Positions 46,615 through 59,920 of a stretch of 64,000 bases of DNA are shown here, piece after piece (position 1 is the first letter of the stretch; each line of letters starts with the position of its first letter). The translations under genes were made by a program, and so were the position numbers. Below the pieces are notes generated by a model that was not told the DNA's origin, ran no database searches, and worked only from the letters and a program-made list of their open reading frames with translations. Source of the stretch: Macrostomum lignano (taxonomy: Eukaryota); assembly GCA_002269645.1 (NCBI GenBank), contig NIVC01001697.1, forward strand, positions 62,001 to 126,000, written 5' to 3'.

Positions 46615-47275
46615 ATATGGGTAACATATATGGGTAGCATATAGGTAACATATAGGTAGCATAGATGTAGCATATAGGTAACATATAGGTAGCATATAGG
46701 TAACATATAGGTAGCATATAGGTAACATATAGGTAGCATATAGGTAACATATAGGTAACATAGATAACGTATAGGTAACATATAGGTAACATATAGGTAA
46801 CATATTGGTAACATATAGGTAGCATATAGTTAACATATAGGTAACATATAGGTAGCATATAGGTAGCATATAGGTAACATATAGGTAACATATAGGTAGC
46901 ATATAGGTAGCATATAGTTAACATATAGGTAACATATAGGTAACATATTGGTAACATTTTGGTAACATATAGGTAACATAGATAACGTATAGGTAACATA
47001 TAGGTAACATATAGGTAACATTTTGCTAACATATAGGTAACATATGGGTAGCATATAGTTAACGTAATAGTAACATATAGGTAGCATATAGGTAACACAT
47101 AGGTTCCTATAGATTATAGATAACATATAGGTAACATAATAGTAACATATCGGTAACATATAGGTAAACATAGGTAACATGTAGGTAACATATTGGGGTT
47201 AACATCGGTAACATATACAGTAGGTAACATCATAGTTAATATAGGGAGCATACGCTCGTGTAGGTAACATGTAGG
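46615..47275. repeat. 11-bp minisatellite atataggtaac/atataggtagc
   Basis: Direct tandem units. Confidence 0.93.
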
Positions 47276-47841
47276 TAAAAATATAGCGCCGCGGGATCAG
47301 CGGGATAGCCACGCCAGATTCTATAGGAAACGCGGTCTCCTTGATTACCCGATGCAAGCTTTTTTAAAAAGCTTTTCATAAAAGCCACAATGCCATACGG
47401 TGCAGGGCAGGGAGAGGGAATCAGCCCCCCCCCTGCCAAGCACCTGCCATTAATTCAGTAGGTGATTCCGTAAGCTAGGCGGGCAATTCGTGCCCAGTTT
47501 TGCACACAGCTGTCTAACAGGTGAGTGCGTGCGACATCTGCCACCTGATGCCCGCGAAGCTGGAAGGCGAAATTGGAATATGCCCCAGTTGCTAAAGCAG
47601 TCACAGGGTGCATGCAGTCTATAGGAATGGAAGTTGGCCAAGGCAAAGGCTTTAAAGTGTGGATAATACAATTTCGCAGTTCATTTTTATTCCTGAATGA
47701 AATAAATGTTCAGCCACAGACGTCTCTTCGTTTGCTCTTCAAAAAAACTGGAAAAACTCATGCACCCTGGCGACATCGTCTCCATGAACCAGCACTGACG
47801 CATTTCTGCCCATTCCCCTGACTCCTAAGCACAATACAAGC

Positions 47842-48836
47842 AGTCAGTCAGTCAGTCAGTCAGTCAGTCAGTCAGTCAGTCAGTCAGTCAGTCAGTCAGT
47901 CAGTCAGTCAGTCAGTCAGTCAGTCAGTCAGTCAGTCAGTCAGTCAGTCAGTCAGTCAGTCAGTCAGTCAGTCAGTCAGTCAGTCAGTCAGTCAGTCAGT
48001 CAGTCAGTCAGTCAGTCAGTCAGTCAGTCAGTCAGTCAGTCAGTCAGTCAGTCAGTCAGTCAGTCAGTCAGTCAGTCAGTCAGTCAGTCAGTCAGTCAGT
48101 CAGTCAGTCAGTCAGTCAGTCAGTCAGTCAGTCAGTCAGTCAGTCAGTCAGTCAGTCAGTCACCCACTCACTCAAGTCAGTCAGTCAGTCACACAGTCAG
48201 TCAGTCAGTCAGTCAGTCAGTCAGTCAGTCAGTCAGTCAGTCAGTCAGTCAGTCAGTCACCCACTCACTCAAGTCAGTCAGTCAGTCAGTCAGTCAGTCA
48301 GTCAGTCACCCACTCACTCAAGTCAGTCAGTCAGTCAGTCAGTCAGTCAGTCAGTCAGTCAGTCAGTCAGTCAGTCAGTCAGTCAGTCAGTCAGTCAGTC
48401 AGTCACCCACTCACTCAAGTCAGTCAGTCAGTCAGTCAGTCAGTCAGTCAGTCACCCACTCACTCAAGTCAGTCAGTCAGTCAGTCAGTCAGTCAGTCAG
48501 TCAGTCAGTCAGTCAGTCAGTCAGTCAGTCAGTCAGTCAGTCAGTCAGTCAGTCAGTCACCCACTCACTCAAGTCAGTCAGTCAGTCAGTCAGTCACACA
48601 GTCAGTCACCCACTCACTCAAGTCAGTCAGTCAGTCAGTCAGTCAGTCAGTCAGTCAGTCAGTCAGTCAGTCAGTCAGTCAGTCACCCACTCACTCAAGT
48701 CAGTCAGTCAGTCAGTCAGTCAGTCAGTCAGTCAGTCAGTCAGTCAGTCAGTCAGTCACCCACTCACTCAAGTCAGTCAGTCAGTCAGTCAGTCAGTCAG
48801 TCAGTCAGTCAGTCAGTCAGTCAGTCAGTCAGTCAG
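47842..48836. repeat. (GTCA)n microsatellite with recurring cccactcactcaa interruptions
   Basis: ~1-kb tetranucleotide tract. Confidence 0.97.
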
Positions 48837-48954
48837 TGCTTTTGTTTTTATTAAAATTCACTAGCTTCATAGAGTTCTTTTAATATATAGCTCGTTTATT
48901 GCGCACAAGAACGCTTTCGTTGTCGATACGAGTATTAGCGAATGATTTTTCATC

Positions 48955-49128
48955 AATGATGATGCTGATGGGGAATGATGCTGATGGGGAATGATGCTAG
49001 CTGAGACTGAGTGATGAGGGGGAATGATGCTGAGACTGAGTGATGCTGATAGGGAATGATGCTGAGACTGAGTGATGCTGATGGGGAATGATGCTGAGAC
49101 AGAGTGATGATGGGGGGGTGATGCTGAG
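48955..49128. repeat. Short gatgctgatggggaat / gagactgagt repeat
   Basis: A few imperfect copies. Confidence 0.75.
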
Positions 49129-49228
49129 AAAATCCACAGATTCTGCTGAAGTACATGTGTATTACTATGTTGACCTCACGCAGCAGCGGGTTGCCCTGTG
49201 GCAAAAGCAAGTTGTACAGCTACTATAG

Positions 49229-50437
49229 TCAAATTTCGCAGGTGAGAATGGGCAAAACAGATGAGATTGCACTAGTCTGAAGCCTCCGTAACCGGTTCTC
49301 ATAGCTCAGATGCATGAACTTGTGCACAGTGTAGGCGCTCTTTGGCACCTGCTTCTCTTTGAACTTCTCCCTGGCCATGCGCTGGCACAGAAGCCGCTGC
49401 AGCTCGTTCATCCTGGCAGCATCCTTAACGCACACGTGTTTCATCCGCTTCGGTCCGTAGTAGTGATCGCTGATTGGCTGAAAGACGTCCGGGTCAGCCA
49501 GCATGTTGGCGCACCAGTCTAGGGCCGGCTCCCTCGGCTTCAATGCTGTGTAATTGTTGTAGAACTCCTGCAGCATGGCGGGTCCCGTGACTTGTACCGC
49601 CTGGGTGTCCTTCCTGCGGGACTTCTCGGCCCAGACGCGCTCAAACCAATCCGGCCAGTTGTTGAGAACGAAGGTTAGAAAGGTCTGGTTCGCTCGGCTC
49701 ATCATCACAGCATTGGAGATGATTGAGCTCCTGTTGTACACGAAGATCGGATGAGCTGGCGGCTCCTGGCTCCATACGGCCGATTCGCAGCTGAAATTCT
49801 CAGCCAGGCGGGAAGGTCCGCGCAGCTGCGCCGGTCTCAGCAGTGGCGTCGGGTCCCGCAGAAGCTCCACGTCCAGGTCGACGTAGAGGCCGCCAACATG
49901 GTGCAACACGGCCAGCCTGCCAATGTCGGACCTCTCCAAGCCGGATGCCAGCTTGCCGTAGCTGCGGCTCAGGCGCGGGTGGTGCTTGGCTATCAGCTCC
50001 GAGATCTGCCTGTCGTCCCAGTGCATGAAGTGCCAGCGATTATTGAAGATCAGCTGGCCTGAAGCCGATCTGTTGCTGATGTCGATATCGAGCAGTCGTC
50101 TCCAGGAGCGCACAGTCGGAAGGAGTTTGGTGGCAATTCTACCATCCTTGCTGGTCCAGTGCACCAGAGGCGGAATGGAGTCGGGGAACCGGGCAGGCAG
50201 CTCGCCGCACGGCTGCCCATCCCGCAAGGGGGCCTGTCGTGATGGCGATTTTGAACTTCTTGGGAGCTCTTTCGGACCAAAACTAGCTGGGGACATAGTT
50301 TCTGTCCGCGGCTTTGCCAGCGCCTGTCCGGTACCTTCTGGTTCAGTCTGACTTCGTAGTTGCAATAATCCGATGACCACCACTAGGAGAACCAATAGGG
50401 CTGTTCGAACCGCGCCTGGAAAAGAAATGCGTGTCAT
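49229..50437 (-). CDS. Glycosyltransferase family 32 (DXD, SUR1/OCH1-like) type II membrane protein, main coding exon
   Basis: N-terminal TM segment (ALLVLLVVVIGLL), IPPLVHWT, WHFMHWDD, and RSDIGRLAVLHHVGGLYVDLD (GT32 signature with DxD). A strong acceptor (tttcttttccag) at 50416 suggests the exon really starts at 50415, with exon 1 probably at 56968-56929. Confidence 0.88.
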   Translation of the reverse strand: MTRISFPGAVRTALLVLLVVVIGLLQLRSQTEPEGTGQALAKPRTETMSPASFGPKELPRSSKSPSRQAPLRDGQPCGELPARFPDSIPPLVHWTSKDGRIATKLLPTVRSWRRLLDIDISNRSASGQLIFNNRWHFMHWDDRQISELIAKHHPRLSRSYGKLASGLERSDIGRLAVLHHVGGLYVDLDVELLRDPTPLLRPAQLRGPSRLAENFSCESAVWSQEPPAHPIFVYNRSSIISNAVMMSRANQTFLTFVLNNWPDWFERVWAEKSRRKDTQAVQVTGPAMLQEFYNNYTALKPREPALDWCANMLADPDVFQPISDHYYGPKRMKHVCVKDAARMNELQRLLCQRMAREKFKEKQVPKSAYTVHKFMHLSYENRLRRLQTSAISSVLPILTCEI

Positions 50438-50645
50438 TTATGATCTGGCTTAAAAGTTCAGGCCGACGGTAACTGATTGCCTACAAGTAATCCCTAATCG
50501 TAAATAGTAAATTTTGTGTGTGGCTTGTGTGCACTAATATTTACTCTCGCAATTTCGTGTACATCTGTGTACACTGGCCCCCACCCCTTCTATGGACAGT
50601 GAAGTTCTCAAAAATAGTCTAAACTACCTATCCAGTCTGGCAAGC

Positions 50646-53600
50646 ATGGAAGGATTGAGGCCGCCAGAGCCTATGGTTTTCAACACCAATAGGGCGGACA
50701 ACTGGCGAAAGTGGATCAAAGCGTTCGATTTCTATATGAAAGCTACGAAGAGAACTGAAGAAAGCAACGATGTAAAGGTCGCCATTCTGCTAACCGCCCT
50801 CGGATCCGACGGTCAAGATATCTACTCTACGTTTCCTGCAGACAAAGTAGCTACGTACGACGAAGTAGTCGAGGCATTCAAAGACTACTGCGAGCCTCTG
50901 TCAAACGAAACATTTGAGCGCTACCAGCTCCGAACAAAAGTGCAAGGAGAAGCTGAGGAATTTGACCAGTTTGTCAGCTCCCTCCGTCAGATCATCAAAC
51001 GCTGCAATCACAGCAAGCCAGCTAACGAGGAGACAATCGAGAACAGCGTCCTTCGAGACCAGATCGTCATCGGAGTCAACGAGAGCTCTGAGGGAAAGAT
51101 TTCTGCGAGAGACGAAGCTGACTTTGGATCGCGCCATCCAGGTGGGTCGAGCATCCGAGACTTTGAAGCGGCAGGCTCGGACCCTGGCCACTGCGCAGAT
51201 CAGCCGAGCAGCGCCTGCAGCCGCGCCAGCGTCTGTCGATGCAGTGCAAAACCGAGCCAAGGCGACAGTCGGCCACGCCAGATAGGCTCGGAGCTGCGGA
51301 TTCTGCGGACAGCAGCATGAGCGGCGCAAGTGCCCGGCCTACGGTAAGACCTGCAATAATTGTGGTCGCACGAATCATTTTTCGTCCGTGTGCCGCTCAG
51401 CGAAGGTCAACGAGCTGGTGGAGGACTCCAAGTCTGACTGTGCCGGCGATGCTCCGGCAGCAGCAATCATCACGGTTGAGAAGCCGAGTGCTCGCCAGCC
51501 CAAGTTGCAAACAGATGCCTCGTCAATGATGGTCTGCCTGTCAGTCACGGACTCCGGAAGAAAGCTGCACTTCAAGGTAGACACTGGGGCGGATGTTAAT
51601 GTGATTCCTCTGAGACATCTGATCCAGCTCGCCCCAGCAGCAGCAATTGAGCCTACGTCCTGGACACTGACCACCTACAATAAGCAGCTATTGGACGTGA
51701 TCGGCACCACGTACTTGACAGTGTCATCGCCCTGCCGTAAGAATGTCAGACTTCAGTTTGTAGTCATCGGCGAGAGCTCTACACCGATTATAGGCTGGAA
51801 ATCAGCAATTGAGGAGCTTCAGTTAGTCAAGAAACTATTTGCTGTGCAGAGCCAGAGCAGCAGCATCAGCAAAGTGCAAAAACAGCAGGTGTCAGAACTC
51901 ACAGCCTCTCAGGTGAAAGCCACATACCCTGAAGTATTCAACGGTGTTGGCTGCATGGAGCAACCGTACACCATCCGGCTTGCTGACAACGCCGCGCCAA
52001 AAGTGCAGCCTCCTCGCAAGTTGCCGTTCGCTGCGTATCAACCACTCAAATGTGAGCTCGAAAGACTGGAGAAAGAAGGCACCATTGTGCCAGTTGATGA
52101 GCCGACACAATGGGTCTCTAATGTGGCCATCGTCTGGAAGAAGGACGGATCCATGCGGCTGTGCCTGGATCAGACATACCTGAATAGGTTCATCGTTCGT
52201 GAGTACCATCCAATTCCGACTGCCGAGGAGGTGCGAGCTGCGACTGCTGGAGCCATCCTGTACAGCTCATTCGACGCGAACGAGAGCTTTCATCAGCTGA
52301 AACTCGACGACGAAAGTTCTTTTCTGACGACATTCCACACACCATTTGGCCGATATCGCTGGAAGCGCGTGCCGTACGGTCTCTCGTCAATCCCGGAGGC
52401 CTTCCAGAAAAGAATGGAAGAGAACGTCACCAACCACGTGAAGAACACCAAGAACTTCTTTGATGACATCATCGTTTGGGGCAAGACTATCGAGGAGCAT
52501 GATCAGGCAATGCGAGAGCTCCTGGAGCAGTGCAAGCGAGCCAAGGTGACGCTGAATCCACAGAAGAGCGAGTTGGCGTCCAAGAACTCAACTACCTGGG
52601 AGATGTGCTGAGCTCTGAAGGATTGCGTGCTGACCCGATGAAAATCAAAGCAATCAAGGAGATTACGAGGCCAAATGACGTTGAAGGCCTCACGTCAAAG
52701 AAGGAGCAGCTTCGCAGATTTCTCGGCTGCGTCACGTATCTGGCCAAGTTTTGTCCACATCTGTCCACCACTGCAGAGCCCCTTAGACATCTGCTAAAGA
52801 AGGAAGTTATCTGGAGTTGGACGCATCAGCATGATGAGGCGTACGATGCAATCATCACTGAGCTCTGCTCAGACAGAGTGTTGGTCACATTCGATGTCAC
52901 CAAGCCAGTCACTGTGTCTGTAGATGCCAGTAAGAGCGGCATAGGGGCTGTGCTACTCCAAGAGGATCGTCCGGTTGAGTTTGCGTTGTCGGCAATGACA
53001 AGTGCTCAACAGTCTTATGCTCAAATTGAGAAGGAGCTCCTAGCAATTGTCTACGGCTGTAAGAAATTTCACCGCTACCTCTGGGGCCGCACTGTCCATG
53101 TTCAAAGCGACCACAAGTCGCTAGAGGCCATCTTTAAGAAGCAGTTCTGTGACACCACGCCGCGGATCCAGCGTCTATTGCTTCAGCTTCAGCCATACGA
53201 CATCCGGGTGAGGTACACCCCAGGAAAGAAGTTGTACGTTGCCGACACGCTGAGCCGAGCTCATGGACAGACAGACAGCTTGACACTTTTGCTGGAGGAA
53301 GCTTTAGATGGACAAGTGTTGGCTGTAGAGCGGTGCTTCAGTGGTGACCGTGAGATCCTGGACATGATCAAGAAGGCTACGACAGCAGATCAGACAAGTC
53401 AGCGTCTACAGAGTATAATTCTAGCCGGCTGGCTGGAGCAAAGAGCGCGGTTGCCTGAAGATTTGAAGGCCTTTTGGGACCTTCGGCACGATCTGACTCT
53501 CGTATCAGGACTGCTGTGTTTGAAAGACCGCATCTACGTTCCAGCTGGCAGTGCCAGAAGCTCCATCCTCAGCATCCTGCACGCTGGACACCCTGGTATC

Positions 53601-55031
53601 GTCAAGATGGACCTTAAAGCCAAAGACTACTTCTACTGGCCAGGAATGCGCAACTGCATCGAGCGGACTGCTAGCCAGTGCGAGGCCTGTCAGCGGAACA
53701 TGAAGGCGCAGTCGAAGGAGACTCTGATGACCGTTGATATGCCTGAGTTCCCGTTTCAAGTTTGCTCTACCGACCTGTTCGAGTACCGCGGTGTACTCAG
53801 ATATGTGCAACCTATCTGGTGTACGTGGACGCCTACAGCCACTGGATGAGCGTCACCCGACTGCGCTCGACGACCAGCAACGCTGTGGTGCAGGTGCTCC
53901 AAGACCATTTCCAGAACTTTGGTGTGCCTGAGAAGCTCATCAGCGATAACGGGCCGCAGTTCTCGGCCGGGGAATTCCGCCAGTTCATCAAAATATTTCA
54001 AGTGGAGCACCGCACGTCGAGTCCAACCTACCCGCAGTCGAACGGCAGAGCAGAGCGATATGTGCAGACAGCCAAGAATATGATGAGGAAGTGTCAGGAG
54101 ACAGAGCCTGGCCATGGCCCTTCTGCACTATCGCAACACGCCAGTCGGTTGCGGCTTTCCAAGTCCCGCAGAGATGGCGTTCGGCCGCAAACTCCGGTGC
54201 GATTTGCCTACAGCGGTGCAGGATCTGCGGCCTCGGGAGACCCACGTGCACGCCAGCATTGAAGCCTTCGAGAAGCAACGGACCCAAGCAGCTCAACTCT
54301 ACAATCGCGGTGCCCGCGCACTGCAACGCTTGAAGGTCGGCGAACCGGTCTGGCTTCAATGCGGTCGTCGAGATTGGGCGGCTGCCGAGCTAGACAACGA
54401 AGTTGACGGCAGCCCAAGGTCCTACTGGCTTCGCACCGAGTCGGGACAGCTGCTCTGGCGTAATCGGCGGTTCATCCGGCCTCGTCAGATTGGCGTTCCG
54501 TTCCAAGAGAGCTACCCGGAGGCCGGCGAGGATGGCGAGATGGAAGCGGATGTGCAGCCGGCACCTGTGCAGCCGGCACCTGAGCAGCCGGCACCTGTGC
54601 AGCCGGCACCTGTGCAGCCGGCACCTGTGCAGCCGGCACCTGTGCAGCCGGCACCTGTGCAGCCGGCACCTGTGCAGCCGGCACCTGTGCAGCCGGCACC
54701 TGAGCAGCCGGCACCTGTGCAGCCGGCACCTGTGCAGCCGGCACCTGTGCAGCCGGCACCTGAGCAGCCGGCACCTGTGCAGCCGGCACCTGAGCAGCCG
54801 GCACCTGTGCAGCCGACACCTGAGCAGCCGGCACCTGTGCAGCCGGCACCTGAGCAGCCGGCACCTGAGCAGCCGGCACCTGTGCAGCCGACACCTGTGC
54901 AGCCGGCACCTGTGCAGCCGACACCTGAGCAGCCTGATCAGTCGGAGTGCTCCGGTTCGAAACAGCCTGGATTCCGAACCAGGCGAGGTCGACTCGTACA
55001 ACAGCCAAAGCGGTACCAGGCCTCGTGGTGA
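50646..55031 (+). pseudogene. Disrupted gag-pol polyprotein of the gypsy element
   Basis: Gag PPEPM..DNWRKWIKAF; CCHC knuckle CNNCGRTNHFSSVC; protease VDTGADV; RT FFDD; RNase H DASK/EKELLA/DHKSL; integrase HAGHPG..CEAC, VDAYS, SDNGPQF, SNGRAER. In-frame TAG at 51283-51285 and frameshifts near 51095, 52575, 53800 and 54110. Confidence 0.9.
54552..54934 (+). repeat. 15-bp in-frame repeat (VQPAP/EQPAP x~25) in the integrase tail
   Basis: gtgcagccggcacct units inside ORF 54114-55031. Confidence 0.95.
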
Positions 55032-55516
55032 ACCAACCCAGTGAACTGATAATTGGTTGCGATTGACTGTATTGACTGTAATGGCGTACTGGCCCCTATA
55101 CTATAAATGCGAGAAACTTTATTGTTGGAATATTCCTTGATTTATTCCTGCTTTGCTACAAATATGTAAATGTTATCTCGTGCGACTTTGCAATGCAAGA
55201 ACAAATATCTTATTTTAATGTTCCGTTACTTTTACACTTCGAACTCGTAGGATTATCGTTAACTAATGTTGGGAGGTGTTGTGTGTGGCTTGTGTGCACT
55301 AATATTTACTCTCGCAATTTCGTGTACATCTGTGTACACTGGCCCCCACCCCTTCTATGTACAGTGAAGTTCTCAAATATATATATCGGTGTTTACCCAG
55401 TGTCTTGGTCTAAGAGTTTTCTCGCTCGCTCGCAAACATGACTTGGCATTTATCATAACAGTGAATACACTTGATGGTTCACTCAGCAGTATCTACATGC
55501 GTTAGTTTGACTGGCT

Positions 55517-56120
<604 letters not shown>

Positions 56121-56928
56121 GCTCGTACTACTACCACTACTACTACTGATGCTACTACTAGTCCCCATACGGCAAGGAGTAGTAGTAGAGCGAGCCCCTT
56201 GCTCACCCATTGCCTTGAAAAATGTTTTGAGCAAGATAGGAATTGGCGGCTTGATTTTTTCCCAGCAGCGGTCTTTCGTGGGTTCCTTAGTGCTGTGTCT
56301 ACCAGCTATAACAACCAATTTTCCAGTGATGCCAAGACTGCGCGCATGTTGAGCTTTTGGAGTAATCTCATAAAGAGCGAGCTCTCCATATAGATCAGAA
56401 TGAAAAAACTAGCTGAAGAACTTTCACACAAAAATTGCACATAAAGTTGGTTAAATTGTTATTAATCCGTGTCCCACCACAAAAGGCAACAATGAATACA
56501 GCGGTACTGAGGGTCAGGAAGGGAAGGGAAGCCCTTGCTATCGATCGCGAGGGGGTGGGAACTGGGGTGCCATTTTTTTCTAGTTTGGAAAGAGGCACAA
56601 ATTTCTTGCCCCAACATTCGCCGTCTAATTATAACTATTGGTTTGTGGGCCAGGACCCGCGAGAGGAGGGCCAGTCAGGGATGTACGCAAGGATGAGAGG
56701 AAGAACAGGAGGGAGAGACAAGGAACAGACGAGGACGCATCCCTCAATTTCTCCCCCCCCCCTCAGCTTCCCCTCAGCCCCACTCATCGTCCTAAGCTGT
56801 ACGCCATCCCACAGAGCCTGCAGTTTGCTCTGCTTCTTCGCCTCCGGTCTGGTCTCTGCCATATTAGGACTTGCTTCACTTTCACATCTGTATAATATTA
56901 TCAGCAGTATTAATTTTTTATTGCTTAC

Positions 56929-56968
56929 CAACTTTGCAGTGACACTGCCGAGGAATTGGAATCGGCAT
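56929..56968 (-). CDS. Candidate first coding exon of the GT32 glycosyltransferase (MPIPIPRQCHCKV)
   Basis: ATG at 56968, donor gtaagc at 56928, phase 1 matching the acceptor at 50416 (g+gc = Gly, in frame with AVRTALL). Short exon, so a chance match is possible. Confidence 0.45.
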
Positions 56969-57639
56969 TTCCTTGTCAGAGGGTCAAGGAGGATCTAGCA
57001 GAAAATACGCAGTCTTGTATACTCTACTCTTTGAAAGCGATGATTCATTTGGCTGCTGCTGTGCGTGCGCTGGCGCTAGGGTAAGAACTCTCTCATTATA
57101 TAGGCTTTATAGGGCCACGGGAGTGCGTATGTAGATAGCTGTAACTACGCCTGGCAAGGCTTCAAGAGCAGAGGCCGCAAGTACAGTCATCTACGATGTA
57201 CACTGGCAGAGTGAAGGCTAGTTAATGGGGTCAAAAACAGACGAGCAGAGGTAATTAGTTATTACAATAGTTTAAAACAGGTCTGAACCAACTGTACATT
57301 ACATTGATTTGAGCGATTTTTAACCCCGCCGGGCTCAAAAGTTTTTTTTCACTTGACGTGACGCTGAAAATAGATTGAGTCCGTGTTAATGGCGCATCTG
57401 AGACTGAGCAGGTTAAAGTGTTATCACCGGTCTGTATTTGATGTAAAATCAGTTCAATTTTTTACAGTAAGCCCGAAATTAATCAAAGACAAGAAAATCC
57501 GCGATAGAGAAGTCCATGACAGGTGAATCTATGACAGGTAAATATAAACCGGGGTTGACAAACTTTTTATCTCGAGGGCCAGATGAAGAATCCAGCTCAT
57601 GGCTGCGGTCCAGATGAGAGAGGAAAGGAGAAGGAATGG

Positions 57640-57709
57640 AAGATAAGTGATGAGGGAGAAGAGATAAGAAAGAAGACAAGAGGAGAAAGTGGGGAGAGAC
57701 GAGAGAAGG

Positions 57710-57747
<38 letters not shown>

Positions 57748-58070
57748 GAGAAGGTAGAGAATAAAGAGGTAGAGAGGAGAGAGGGTAAATAGGGGAGAGA
57801 AGAGAGGGGAGAGAGGAGAGAGGGTAGAGATGGAAGAGAAGAGAGGGGGAGAGAGGAGAGAGGGGAGAGAAGAGAGGGGAGAGAGGGGAGAGAGGAGAGA
57901 GGGTAGAGAGGGAAGAGAAGAGAGGGGGAGAGAGGAGAGAGGGGAGAGAAGAGAGGGGGAGAGAGGAGAGAGGGGAGAGAAAAAGAGGGGAGAGAGGAGA
58001 GAGGGAGAGAAGAGAGGGGGAGAGAGGAGAGAGGGTAGAGAAGAGAGAGGGGAGAGAGAAGAGAAGAGAC
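57640..58070. repeat. GA-rich low-complexity repeat
   Basis: gagaggagagagggg-type units. Confidence 0.9.
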
Positions 58071-58599
58071 ACAAACCTTGAGCGGGCCAGATTGCTATTG
58101 CAAAGTTTCAAAAGACCCAAGGTCCAATATTTTGCAAACCAATCAAACTAAGCATCACAAAGGCATGTTTAGTGAATATCGATGAGAAGAATATGTAAGA
58201 AAGAATTTTAGCCACGAGCATAGAACTCTCCCTCTATACGGTGCTCTGCGGCACCAAAGCGAGCTTTAGCAGGTAACCGAGCCGAATCTGTCGGTTAAAA
58301 AGCACCGCCAGTCAGTTGTTAGCGGCGGTGTTGCACTTTAGAATGCAGCCAACGACATCCGGAATGGCTTTCGTCCATGCAGTATATAGGGTTTCGAATA
58401 TATAGGAGCTGCTCATCACCATTCAGGGCTGGCGCTGGTCAGGGAGGTACGAGCCGCTGTCTGCAGGAGATGGCCACAAGCGATAGGCATGTATATCTGA
58501 AGTACTTGAAATGCGTGACATAGAGGACAGAGTATCTGATCTGACTCACGTGCCAAAGTCTTGGGCCCGATTCTGTGCGGGATCACATTAATTTGTGGA

Positions 58600-58915
58600 T
58601 GTGGATGTTGGATTGTAAGACGTGGGATATTGGATTGTAAGATGTGGATGTTGGATTGCAGGACGTGGATATTGGATGGCGTGGATGTTGTGGATTGCAG
58701 GACGCGTGGATGTTGGATTTCAGGACGTGGATGTTGGATTGCAGGACGTGGATGTTGGATTGCAGGACGTGGATGTTGGATTGCAGGACGCGGATGTTAG
58801 ATTGTAGAACGTGGGTGTTGAATTGTAGGACGTGGATGTTGGATTGCGTGGATGTTCTGGATTGCAGGACGGGGATGTTGGATTGCTGGACTTGGATGTT
58901 GAATTGTAGGACGTG
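58600..58915. repeat. 21-bp minisatellite ggatgttggattgcaggacgt
   Basis: Imperfect direct units. Confidence 0.88.
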
Positions 58916-59920
58916 AATGTATAGGATTGCGAGTCAAATTGACATAAAGACAGTGCTTAATGAACCATCTGGGGTGTGGAGTGGCCTATATAATGTCGAC
59001 CTCAATCAAATTATTCTACCGTTGGTTATAACGACAAGAATATTCTGCATGATAACTGCGTACGAGCGTTCGTACGCTTGTCATTTAATTTCTTTTCGCC
59101 ACAAAATCTGCTATATACTGAGTAATTACTCATTAAACTGCGTTCGCTTATGGACAATACCATATATTGTCCAATTTGCGTGTCAATGGGTAGTGTAATG
59201 CTTATCAATGTATTGATGCTTCAGACAGGTAGTTTCAAAATGGTGAATAAGATGCAGGTATTGAAACAGTTACGAGTTCTTTGATCGCAATAATAATTGA
59301 TCTGTGAATAAGTATAGGGCTTAGATTTTTAGAAAAATCATTTGAATATTTGACTCGAAAAAGTCGAAAAATTTGATCAGAGAATTTTTTATGATATTGC
59401 GGTTAGGAACTTCTGACCGAGTTAAAAGACGAAACATATTGTTATAAGTAAGTGAAAATTTGATAGAAAACGGATTGAGAAACTCTCTGCAATTAATGCA
59501 TGATTGAAAACGCTACCAAGGATCAAGAAGCGTCCCAGACTCCTATCTCAGAACTCCGGCGTGTAACACTTACGTTCTACACGCGTAGATCTCGCGCATA
59601 GAACGCACGCAGCCGACGTACATGTACCGGTACGTAAAATGCGCAATTTTTGCCACTTTTTACGTGATTTCCGCACGCCACTTTACGCGAGAATAAGCGC
59701 ATTTGACGCAATTATTTTACACACGCTTAGACATGTAGCCAGTGCACTAACACTTTAAAACTTAACTGGCAACTCAGGATCAACCCAGAAGCAATTTAGG
59801 AACAACCCAGGCAAAACCTGCAAACACAGACAGTTTTTAACAACTGTCATCGCGGTAGTTTTTATCAAAGAAGCAAAGTTTTTTAGCCATCGAAGCAGCA
59901 CCGACACGGTATCGATGGGT

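Larger units (their letters stand above)
50512..55460 (+). mobile_element. Ty3/gypsy LTR retrotransposon (Mag/K02A2.6-like), decayed
   Basis: 3' LTR 55277-55460 (tgttgtg...cataaca) follows a purine tract gggagg. 5' LTR remnant 50512-50612 matches 55277-55377 with 2 mismatches. Flanks gtaaa/gtgaa are a 5-bp TSD with 1 mismatch. Domain order is gag-PR-RT-RH-IN. Confidence 0.93.

Noticed and set aside
47286-47310. cgccgcgggatcagcgggatagcc, loosely resembling a type I-E CRISPR repeat
   Set aside because: Single copy, weak similarity, no array.
51283-51285. In-frame TAG as a programmed gag-pol readthrough site
   Set aside because: It lies before the gag zinc knuckle rather than at the gag/protease boundary, and the element has several other lesions.
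57549-57615. hAT-Charlie-like left end (ggggttgacaaacttttt...agggccagat)
   Set aside because: No matching right TIR or TSD found; possibly a real fragment but unsupported.
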